In this document: in pieces, positions 21,189 through 32,300 of the stretch
Layout: every line of letters starts with the position of its first letter
Position numbering within the stretch: the first letter of the stretch is position 1
Source of the DNA: Chrysemys picta bellii
Taxonomy: Eukaryota
Assembly: GCF_011386835.1 (NCBI RefSeq)
Contig: NC_088810.1
Span: forward strand, 3,038,001-3,102,000
Reading direction: 5' to 3'
Length of the DNA: 64,000 nucleotides
The notes under the pieces: generated by a model
Databases searched by the model: none
Seen by the model: only the letters and a program-made list of their open reading frames with translations
What the model was told of the DNA's origin: nothing
Translations under genes and position numbers: made by a program

Positions 21189-23551
21189 GGGGTGATGGGG
21201 GCTGGTGTGGGGAAGGGGTCTGCTGAAGGGGAGGGGAGCTCAGAAGTAAGGAAGGGAGGCCGAGGCGGGCACGTGGGCAAACGGCTCTTTTATTTCCAAT
21301 GCGGAAGCTCTGTCTGTAACCAGCAGACAGTGTGCCAGGCGCTGTCCAGCAGCACGGCGGGGCATCCAGCACCCCACGCGCCAGGCACTGTATGGCAGAA
21401 CTGCTGGGCACCTGCACCCCGGGATGTCAGGCAATGGACAGCAGCCCGGCTGGGCATTCGGGGGACTGTAGGGGTGCCCCAGCCCTTCCCCCTCCCGCAC
21501 ACCAGGCACTGGACAAACCCCAATCCCCAAAGCTGGTCCCTGCACCGAAGGGCTGACAGTCAGCTGCGAAACACCCCCCGCCACCCCAGTGGGTAATTCA
21601 CACCCTTGATCTAACCCTGCTGGGGCTATCAGAGAATCTCGGGGTTCGAAGGGACCTCAGGAGGTGTCTAGTCCAACCCCCTGCTCAAAGCAGGACCAAT
21701 TCCCAACTAAATCATCCCAGCCAGGGCTTTGTCAAGCCGGGCCTTAAAAACTTCCAAGGAAGGAGATTCCACCACCTCCCTAGGTAACGCATTCCAGTGC
21801 TTCACCCTCCTAGTGAAATAGTGTTTCCTAATATCCAACCTGGACCTCCCCTACTGCAACTTGAGACCATTACTCCTTGTCATGTCATCGGGACCCTGTT
21901 ATTTTAGGGGATTCCAGTCCCCCCCACACACACACACACACTTCTGGTTCCCATTTTTGCCTGAGATGTTCCCGACTCTAAGCCCAAATGGCTAGACAGG
22001 CCCCTTTGCCCGGCGCTGAGATGCAGCCACCTCTGGGGTGGGTCACAGGGGCTGTTTATGCAGGGACCCCTTGGTACTGAGATGCAGCCATCTCCAGGGG
22101 GTTAGGACAGCACGTGAGGGAGAACTGAAGCTGCAGCGGGGAGTTTAGGGAAGCAGAAGGGAATCACGGGAGCGGGGCTTTGTCCAGGATGCCTGGGTCC
22201 ACGCCCTGAATCTGGGGCGGGAGGGGGAACCAGGAGGGCCCTAGTGCCCACAAGGGGCTGAGGCCTCGGGTTTGCCTCTTGGCTGAAACGTGCAAGGCAC
22301 CGACATCCCCTGCATTAAACCCCACACTCAAGGGGCCGTTCCTGCCCTGGCTATTTCGTGGTGCTCCAGGCTGGGCAGTGACAAGAACCGGCCTTGGGCG
22401 CGCCTGGTGCTGTACGCACGGCCATTTGCCCCGGGTGAGGGTCGTGCCCTCCATGGTCTGCCTCCTGGGCACTTGGTGCGAGCATGCACAACCTTATCTA
22501 AAGAGGGGAACCGCTCTCTTTCACACTTAGCCCCCTTGCACACTGAGCCACCACCTGTCATGACAACCATGTGCTCTGTATTTCATGTTTCTACGGGCTT
22601 GCACGTCTGCTCACGATCCCAAAGCCCCTTGTGCAAAGCAGGTGCTTTCCAAGTCTCGCACACTGGGTCCTTCGCATGCCAGAGCCCCTGGTGCAAAGCA
22701 TGCATCTGCTGTGTTTCACAGATGGCATCCCTCACATACCTGTTCACAGTCACGGTGCCCCTGGTGCAAAGCACAGGCTGGTCGTGTTTCACAGCCTGGC
22801 TCTTTGGCACAACGGCTCACATTCACCGCTTACCCTTGTGCACAGCGTGGGCCTGCCGTGTCTCACACCCTGGAGACTTCACAATCCCAGAGCCCCTTGT
22901 GCAAAGCGTGTGTCTTCCCTCACTCACAACCTGGATCCCTCACACGCCTGCTCCCAGTCACAGCACCTCTTGTGCAGAGCACACTCTGTCTGTCTCTCAG
23001 ATCCTCAGTCCCACGCAGGGCTGCTCGCACTCAGAGCTCCCCTCGTGCAAAGCGTGTGCCTTCCCTGTCTCACATCCTGGATCCCTCGCACACCTGTTCA
23101 CAACCACAAATCTACTGGTGTGAAGCACGTGCCTTCCATCTTCTGCAGCTTGGGTCTTCGCACGCCTGCTCACAGCTGGGGGCGCCCCGCCGCAAAGTGT
23201 GGCCCGCGGCGTGGATCGTTCCCCAGTGGGGATCCCCTCGAGGAAGACGCGTGCCTCCGTGTTTCACCCGACAGCGGCCTTGACTCTAACCAGCCCCCAT
23301 CGGGTGTGTGACCCTCTTGCACTTCGGAGCTGGGGGGAGCACAGGCAACCTGCGGTACCACCCTGCGGCCACCGGGTGGCGATGTTGTCCACCCATTCCC
23401 AGCCCCCAAGTGGTGTCTCCTTCAGTCAGGGGACAGGGGGCTGAGTCCCTGTAGGCCCCCTATGGGGCAGGCACCCCCTGGACCAGGGTCTGGGCTCCAA
23501 CGCCGGGTCAACCCCTCCTCACCGGCCTGCGGAGCAGAGAGAAACGGAGCC
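21189..23551 (-). repeat. Duplicate A of the KCNN4 terminal exon/3'UTR
   Basis: Colinear with 27293-29409. Keeps the acceptor, GCCGGTGA (23519-23526) and AATAAA (21289-21294). Carries a private CR1 insertion. Confidence 0.9.
21629..21889 (-). mobile_element. CR1 LINE 3' fragment
   Basis: GAAGGGACCTCAGGAGGTGTCTAGTCCAACCCCCTGCTCAAAGCAGG is the reverse complement of a CR1 3' end. Absent from duplicates B and C. Confidence 0.85.
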
Positions 23552-23557
23552 CTTCGT

Positions 23558-25427
23558 GGGGTGATGGGGGGCGGATGTGGGGAAGGGGGCAGCTGAAAGG
23601 GGGGGGAGATTTGGGGACCGAGGGCAGCCGAACTCAGAAGTAAAGAAGAGAGGCAGAGGCGGGCACGTGGGCAAACGGCTCTTTTATTTCCAATGCAGCA
23701 GCTGTGTCTGTAACCATCAGACCGACGGGAGCCAGCGCGCCAGGCGCTGTACGGCAGCACGGCTGGGCATCTAGCACCCCAGGGCCCTGCCCGCCAGGTG
23801 CTGTACGGCATCACAGCTGGGCATTCGGGGGTCTATGGGGGTGCCTCAGTCACCCCTACCCCAGATGCCAGCCACTGGACAAACCCCAACCCCAAAGCTG
23901 GTCCCTGCCCCAAAGAGCTGACGGCCACGAAACGCCCCCCCCAACACCTCTGCGGGTTAATTCACACTCTCCATCTAACCCCGCTGGGGCTGTCATGTCA
24001 TGTTAATTGAGAGGATTCCAGTTCCACACACACACACACACACACTCTCGTCTCTTTCGATTCCCATTTTTGCCTGAGAAGTTCCTGACTAAGCCCAAAT
24101 GGCTAGACAGGCCCCCTTTGCCCGGCGCTGAGATGCAGCCACCTCCGGGGGGTTAGGACAGCACGTGAGGGAGAACTGAAACTGCAGTGGGGAGTTTAGG
24201 GAAGCAGAAGGGAATCACGGGAGCTGAGCTTTGGCCAGGACGCCTGGGTTCCTGCCCTGAGTCTGGTGTGGGTGGGGGAACCAGGAGGGCTGAGGCCTTG
24301 GGTTTGCCTCTTGGCTGAAACGTGCAAGGCACCGGCGCCCCCTGCATTAAACATCACGCTCAAGGGGCCATTATTTCGTGTTGCTCCAGGCTGGGCAGCA
24401 ACACGAACCAGCGTTGGGTGCGCCTGTGCTGTACGCACGGCCATTTGCCCCAGGTGAGGGTCGTGCCCCTCCATGGTCTGCCTCCTGGGCACTTCGTGCG
24501 AGCGTGCACAACCTTGTCTGAAGAGGGGAACCGCTCTCTTTCACACTTAGCCCCCTTGCACACTGAGCCACCACCTGTCATGACACCCATGTGCTCTGTA
24601 TTTCACGTTTCTACGGGCTTGCACGGCTGCTCATGATCCCAAAGCCCCTTGTGCAAAGCAGGTGCTTTCCAAGTCTCGCACACTGGGTCCCTTGCATGCC
24701 AGTACCCCTGGTGCAAAGCATGCATCTGCCGTGTTTCACAGCCGGCATCCCTCACATGCCTGTTCACAGTCACGGTGCCCCTGGTGCAAAGGGCAGGGTG
24801 GTCGTGTTTCACAGCCTGGCTCTTTTGCACAATAGCTCACATTCACCGCTCGCTCTTGTGCACAGCATGGGCCTGCCGTGTCTCACACCCTGGAGCCTTC
24901 ACAATCCCAGCTCCCCTTGTGCAAAGCGTGTGTCTTCCCTCACTCACATCCTGGATCCCTCACACACCTGCTCCCAGTCACAGCACCTCTTGTGCAGAGC
25001 TCACTCTGTCTGTCTCCCAGACCCTCAGTCCCACGCAGGGCTGCTCGCACTCAGAGCTCCCCTCGTGCAAAGTGTGTGCCTTCCCTGTCTCACATCCTGG
25101 ATCCCTTGCATGCATGCATGTTCACAATCACAAATCCTTCCATCTTCTGCAGCTTGGGTCTTTGCACGCCCGCTCACAGCTGGGGGTGCCCTGCCGCAAA
25201 GTGTGGGCCTGCGGCGTGGATTGTTCCCCAGTGGGGATCTCCTCAAGGCAGTCGCGCGCCGTGTGTGACCCTTCGGGTGTGTGACCCCCTTGCACTTCGG
25301 AGTTGGGGGGGCCCCCACAGGCAACCTGCGGTACCGCCCTGCGGCCACCAGGTGGCGCTGTTGTCCACCCATTCCCAGCCCCCCAAGTGGTGTCTCCTTC
25401 AGTCAGGGGACAGGGGGTTGAGTCCCT
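23558..25427 (-). repeat. Duplicate B of the KCNN4 3'UTR (lacks acceptor and stop)
   Basis: Colinear with A and C, with AATAAA at 23683-23688. Truncated at 25427 by unrelated sequence. Confidence 0.9.
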
Positions 25428-26413
25428 CCAGGCAGGGCCGGATTAACTTTTTGTGGGCCCGGCACCAAACATATTTGTGGGCCCCCATTGGGGAAACAGG
25501 GCATGTGATGGGGGCGGTCCGCAGAGCGAGGGGCCGGTTGGGGGCAATGAGACGCAGCGCAGCAGGAGTGGCCCCACTCAGCCCAGCACAAGGGCACTGT
25601 TTACAACCCCCAAAGTGCTGGGGGCACACTGTCCCGCCCAGCCCTGTGCTGCCAGCGTGCCCCTTCCACACCCGCCCCCCTGCCCAGTGCCCTGCCCTTA
25701 TGCCAGCGCCCCCTCACCCAGAAACTTCCCCCACAGATCCCTATGCCCAGCACCCCCTGCTTAGAGACCCCTCCCGCTGATATCCCACCACAACTACACA
25801 GCACCCTGCCCAACTCCCCCCCACAGATCCCCTGCTGTCCAGCACCCCCTTCACAGTCCCACCATCACAGCTGTACAGCGCCCCATATTCCGGAGGGAAT
25901 TCTGCAGCAAATTCTGGGCATCATATTTTAAAATTCTGATTTTTTTAAATAATAAATAAATGTGGAGGCTCCACCATGGCAGTGGGGAGCACAGGCCACT
26001 GGCTGCCTGGAGGTGGGAGATCACCCTGCAGCCTTCCCTCTCCCCTGGGACAGGGACTTGGCAGTGAGACTGAACCTGACCCTGACACAGCACAAGGGCC
26101 AGGCCTGCCCCAGAAACACCCTGGGGCCCTGCCCCTTTTGCGCCAGGCTCACCAGATGTGGGCAGGGAGTCTCAGCCCGGCAGCAGGATCCGAGTGCAGA
26201 GGGACTTAGTGTGGGGGATCCAGATGGGGGTAAGAGGGTTCTGGGGGGGGGGTAAGAGGGTTCTGGGGGGCAGTCTGGGTGCAGGCACCTCAGTGGGGGA
26301 TCTGGATGCACAGGGAGGTGCCAGGTGCAGGGGCTATGGGAGTCTGCAGGGGGGATCAAGTGAAGGTGGTTGGCGCTTGGGTGGGGGGAGTCTGGGTGCA
26401 GGGGAGGTGGGGT

Positions 26414-27282
26414 TGTTGTACTTAAAGTACTGCACAGGGTCTTTTCAGGGGGAATAAGGCAAACACCACATTTATTGGTAATACATGCATCAATCAACCC
26501 TGTATCATATGCATATGATATATATTACACTCATGCACTCACACACACACACACACACAAACACCCTCCGTCTTGTTGATGTTACCAACGAGTTGCTCCC
26601 TTAACTTCTCTGGCCAGGTGAGTGAGTTAGGGGAGGGGTGGAGCCGGGCTTCTGCCAGTCTGGATCAATGCTCCCATGTTGACAAGACCCAGGGTCCTCT
26701 GCAAGACACCTCACATTTATAGCAGCTTCCCTCTCATGCCAATCTGTACCGGATGCAAAATCTGCGTCCATTGGTCCTTTGTGCTGCTTCCTTCTGGGTG
26801 CTGTCCCAATGCTGTTCAAAGAGGGTGTTTCCAAAAGAAGGTGCTTGCTTCTAAACACCCCCCAGGCCGTCAATATGTCTGCTCTCCTTTAGTGAGCCCA
26901 CTTGACAAGTTTGATTTTCCTTGGGTCTGGCTTCCATCCCCTCTCCAACTAGCTGTCTGGAGGTGCTGCCTTCCACGCCTTGATCATTCACACATCATTC
27001 ATTCAACACGGCAATTGATTAAGGGAGTGTGGGGAGGGGGAATCTTATTCTACTCCTAGCAAAAAGACATTTTTCTTCCTTAGGGGCTATAACATTATAC
27101 CAAAGCTTAACACAAAGTTTTCTAGAAGTTTTTCTACGTAGGGATCTGATACAAAGTTCCTATATCAAAGGACTCGATACAAAGTTGTATGAAAATAACT
27201 TAATACAGGGTTATATGAAGAGGCATAATACAAAGTCATATGAAAGTCATGTGAAGATGCTTAATACAGAGATTTATCTACA
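26414..27282 (-). mobile_element. Solo LTR with 4-bp TSD
   Basis: TG...CA termini and TSD GGGT (26410-26413 and 27283-27286). On the minus strand a TATAAA precedes an AATAAA near the 3' end. Confidence 0.7.
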
Positions 27283-27292
27283 GGGTTCATTT

Positions 27293-29376
27293 GGGTGATG
27301 GGGGGCTGGTGTGCGGAAGGGGGCAGCTGAATGGGAGGGAGATTTTTGGACCCAGGGCAGCCGAACTCAGAAGTAAAGAAGAGAGGCAGAGGCGGGCACA
27401 TGGGCAAACGGTTCTTTTATTTCCAATGCAGCAGCTGTGTCTGTAACCATCAGACCGACGGGAGCCAGCGCGCCAGGCGCTGTACGGCAGCACGTCTGGG
27501 CATCCAGCACCCCAGGGCCCCCGCGCCAGGCGCTGTACGGCAGCACGTCTGGGTATCCAGCACCCCAGGGCCCCCGTGCCAGGCGCTGTACAACAGCACG
27601 GCTAGGCATTCGGGGGACTATGGGGGTCCCTCAGTCCCCCCCAACCCGGATGCCAGCCACTGGACAAACCCAAACCCCAAAGCTGGTCCCTGCCCCGAAG
27701 AGCTGATGGACACAAAACGCCCCCCAACATCTCTGCAGGGTAATTCACACCCTCCATCTAACCCCACTGGGGCTGTCATGTCATGTTAATTGAGGGGATT
27801 CCAGTTCCCCCCCCCCCCCCACACACACACTTCCGATTCCCATTTTTGCCTGAGATGTTCCCGACTCTAAGCCCAAATGGCTAGACAGGCCCCTTTGCCC
27901 GGCGCTGAGATGCAGCCACCTCTGGGGTGGGGCACAGGGGCTGTTTATGCAGGGACCCCACAGTGCTGAGATGCAGCCATCTCCAGGGGGTTAGGACAGC
28001 ACGTGAGGGAGAACTGAAGCTGCAGCGGGGAGTTTAGGGAAGCAGAAGGGAATCACGGGAGCGGGGCTTTGTCCAGGATGCCTGGGTCCACGCCCTGAGT
28101 CTGGGGCGGGAGGGGGAACGAGGAGGGCCCTAGTGCCCACAAGGGGCTGAGGCCTCGGGTTTGCCTCTTGGCTGAAACGTGCAAGGCACCGACATCCCCT
28201 GCATTAAACCCCAAGCTCAAGGGGCCGTTCCTGCCCTGGCTATTTCGTGGTGCTCCAGGCTGGGCAGCGACAAGAACCGGCCTTGGACGCGCCTGGTGCT
28301 GTACGCACGGCCATTTGCCCCAGGTGAGGGTCGTGCCCTCCATGGTCTGCTTCCTGGGCACTTGGTGCGAGCATGCACAACCTTATCTGAAGAGGGGAAC
28401 CGCTCTCTTTCACACTTAGCCCCCTTGCACACTGAGCCGCCACCTGTCATGACACCCATGTGCTCTGTATTTCACATTTCTAGGGGCTTGCACGGCTGCT
28501 CATGATCCCAAAGCCCCTTGTGCAAAGCAGGTGCTTTCCAAGTCTCGTACACTGGGTCCCTCACATGCCAGAGCCCCTGGTGCAAAGCATGCATCTGCCG
28601 TGTTTCACAGCCAGCATCCCTCACATGCCTGTTCACAGTCACGGTGCCCCTGGTGCAAACCAGGGGCTGGTCGTGTTTCACAGCCTGGTTCTTTTCACAA
28701 CGGCTCACATTCACCGCTCGCTCTTGTGCACAGCGCGGGCCTGCCGTGTCTCACACCCTGGAGCCTTCACAATCCCAGAGCCCCTTGTGCAAAGCGTGTG
28801 TCTTCCCTCACTCACATCCTGGATCCCTCACACGCCTGCTCCCAGTCACAGCACCTCTTGTGCAGAGCACACTCTGTCTGTCTCTCAGACCCTCAGTCCC
28901 ACGCAGGGCTGCTCGCACTCAGAGCTCCCCTCGTGCAAAGCGTGTGCCTTCCCTGTCTCACATCCTGGATCCCTCGCACACCTGTTCACAACCACAAATC
29001 TACTGGTGTGAAGCACGTGCCTTCCATCTTCTGCAGCCTGGGTCTTCGCACGCCCGCTCACAGCTGGGGGTGTCCTGCCACAAAGCGTGGGCCCGCGGCG
29101 TGGATCGTTCCCCAGTGGGGATTCCCTCAAGGCAGGCGCGCGCCGTGTGTGACCCTTCGTGTGTGTGACCCCCTTGCACTTCGGAGCTGGGGGGAGCACA
29201 GGCAACCTGCGGTTCAGGCCTGTGGCCAACAGATGGCGCTGTTGTCCACCCATTCCCATCCCCCCCAAGTGGTGTCTCCTTCAGTCAGGGGACAGGGGGC
29301 TGAGTCCCTGTAGGCCCCTATGGGGCAGGCACCCCCTGGACCAGGGTCTGGGCTCCAACGCCGGGTCAACCCCTCC
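27293..29376 (-). other. KCNN4 3'UTR (unit C) and downstream flank
   Basis: Follows the stop at 29377-29379. AATAAA at 27416-27421 with a U-rich downstream element. Confidence 0.75.
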
Positions 29377-32300
29377 TCACCGGCCTGCGGAGCAGAGAGA
29401 AACGGAGCCAGAGGTTAATCTTGCCCCAGGGGGAACCAAAACGAGGGTCCCGGCCCTTTAAATTTCACACCCCAGCCCCACCCTCCCCCCCACACACTAA
29501 GGGGTGGAGAGGAAAAGGGGGGCTTGTGGAGTCGCAGGCACAGCTGGTGTGGGGGGAGCCCAGGGCTGGGCTGGCAGGGGCTGCGGGTCGGGAGTGGGGG
29601 GCTCCGGCAGGGCTGGGGGGGAGCCCCGGGCTGGGCTGGCAGGGGCTGCGGGTCGGGAGTGAGGGGCACCGGCAGGACTGGGCTGGCAGGGGGCTGCGGG
29701 TCGGGAGTGAGGGGCACCGGCAGAGCTGGGGGGCGGGGGCTGGGCTGGCAGGGGCTGCGGGTGGGGAGTGAGGGGCACCGGCGGAGCTGGGGGGGCCCAG
29801 GGCTGGGCTGGCAGGGGCTGCGGGTGGGGAGTGAGGGGCGCCGGCAGAGCTGGGGGGTGGGGGCTGGGCTGGGCTGGCAGGGGCTGCGGGTGGGGAGTGA
29901 GGGGCACCAGCAGTGTTGGGCTGGCAGGGGGCTGTGGGTCGGGAGTGAGGGGCACCGGCAGGGCTGGGGGGGAGCCCAGGGCTGGGCTGGCAGGGGCTGC
30001 GGGTCAGGAGTGAGGGGCACCGGCAGAGCTGGGGGGGAGCCCAGGGCTGGCCTGGCAGGGGGCTGCGGGTCAGGAGTGAGGGGCACCGGCAGAGCTGGGG
30101 GGGGCAGGGCTGGGCTGGCAGGGGGCTGTGGGTCAGGAGTGAGGGGCACCGGCAGGGTTGGGCTAGCAGGGGGCTGCGGGTCGGGAGTGAGGGGCACCGG
30201 CAGAGCTGGGGGGGCCCAGGGCTGGGCTGGCAGGGGCTGCGGGTCAGGAGTGAGGGGGCACCGGCAGAGCTGGGGGGGAGCCCAGGGCTGGCCTGGCAGG
30301 GGGCTGCGGGTCAGGAGTGAGGGGCACCGGCAGAGCTGGGGGGGGCAGGGCTGGGCTGGCAGGGGGCTGTGGGTCAGGAGTGAGGGGCACCGGCAGAGCT
30401 GGGGGGGGCAGGGCTGGGCTGGCAGGGGCTGCGGGTCAGGAGTGAGGGGCACCGGCAGAGCTGGGGGGGAGCCCAGGGCTGGCCTGGCAGGGGGCTGCGG
30501 GTCAGGAGTGAGGGGCACCGGCAGAGCTGGGGGGGGCAGGGCTGGGCTGGCAGGGGGCTGCGGGTCGGGAGTGAGGGGCACCGGCAGGACTGGGCTGGCA
30601 GGGGCTGCGGGTCGGGAGTGAGGGGCACCGGCAGGACTGGGCTGGCAGGGGCAGCGGGTCGGGAGTGAGGGGCACCAGCAGGACTGGGCTGGCAGGGGCT
30701 GCGGGTCGGGAGTGAGGGGCACCGGCAGGACTGGGTTGGCAGGGGCTGCGGGTCGGGAGTGAGGGGCACCGGCAGGGCTGGGCTGGCAGGGGCTGCGGGT
30801 CGGGAGTGAGGGGCACCGGCAGGACTGGGTTGGCAGGGGCTGCGGGTCGGGAGTGAGGGGCACCATGCCCACCTGTCTGGCTGTCCTGGGGCTGTAGCAG
30901 CCACGGCTCCTGTGGTTGTTTGGCCTCCAGGGCGGCCGTCACCAGGCGCGTCAGCGCCTCCAGCTTCTGGTCCAGGGCGTCGATTCGCTTCTCCAGGCCC
31001 CGCTGGGAGGTGCTAAGCCCAGTGCTGAGGTCGCAGAGAATCGTCTGCACCTGGGGGGGGGGAGCGGACAAAACCCCGGGGCATCGTGGGAAAGCGGCCA
31101 AGGGTCAGACGCCCCCCTCCCCCCGCTGAGGCTGAGCCTCGGGGTGGGGGAGGGAGATGACGTGAAGCCCCTGGAGGGCAGCAGCGCCCCACAGCCTGCC
31201 CAGCTGGTGCCCCTCACTCCCAACCCACAGTGCCCTGGACCACTGGACCCCAATCCCCCCCAGAGCTCAGGAGAGAACCCAGGAGTCCTGCCCCCCTGCT
31301 CTAACCCACTGGACCCCACTCTCCTTCCAGAGCCGGGGAGAGAACCCAGGAGTCCTGGCCCCCAGCCCCCCATCCTGGCTCAGTCCCTGCAGTTTCTACC
31401 TTCCTGTCCCCGAGCAGGGGGCTGTGTGGGGCTGGGTTACTTAGGGGCCCTGGGAGGGGGAAGCCAGGCTGGGACGTGCAGGCAGAACTCACCTTCGACA
31501 TGTCCACCAGGGCGTTAACCTGATCTCGGAGCTTCCGGTGCCGAATCCGGACCTCCCGGAACCTGCAGCACCGGAGAAAGAGCTCAGCCGGTGCCCCTCA
31601 CTCCCGACCCGCAGCCCCCTGCTGGTCCAGCCGGTGCCCCTCACTCCCGACCCGCAGCCCCCTGCTGGTCCAGCCGGTGCCCCTCACTCCCGACCCGCAG
31701 CCCCCTGCTGGTCCAGCCGGTGCCCCTCACTCCCGACCCGCAGCCCCCTGCTGGTCCAGCCGGTGCCCCTCACTCCCGACCCGCAGCCCCCTGCTGGTCC
31801 AGCCGGTGCCCCTCACTCCCGACCCGCAGCCCCCTGCTAGTCCAGCCGGTGCCCCTCACTCCCGACCCGCAGCCCCCTGCTAGTCCAGCCGGTGCCCCTC
31901 ACTCCCGACCCGCAGCCCCCTGCTAGACCAGCCGGTGCCCCTCACTCCCGACCCGCAGCCCCCTGCTAGTCCAGCCGGTGCCCCTCACTCCCGACCCGCA
32001 GCCCCCTGCTAGTCCAGCCGGTGCCCCTCACTCCCGACCCGCAGCCCCCTGCTAGACCAGCCGGTGCCCCTCACTCCCGACCCGCAGCCCCCTGCTAGAC
32101 CAGCCGGTGCCCCTCACTCCCGACCCGCAGCCCCCTGCTAGTCCAGCCATGGGCTCCCCAGTCCCCTCCCAGAGCTAGGGAGAGAACCCAGGAGTCCTGG
32201 CTCCCAGCCCCCCTGTTCTAACCCACTAGACCCCTCCGCCCTCACCCCCAGAAGCCGGGAGCGGACCCAGGCGTCCGGGCGCTGTCATTCACCTGTGGAT

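Noticed and set aside
22290-29313. Cys-rich 200-300 aa plus-strand ORFs repeated in the three duplicated units
   Set aside because: They are antisense to the KCNN4 UTR, open in several frames, and differ in start and stop between copies; they reflect the internal repeat.
29415-32150. Long Pro/Gly-rich ORFs (up to 485 aa)
   Set aside because: Minisatellite translations inside KCNN4 introns.
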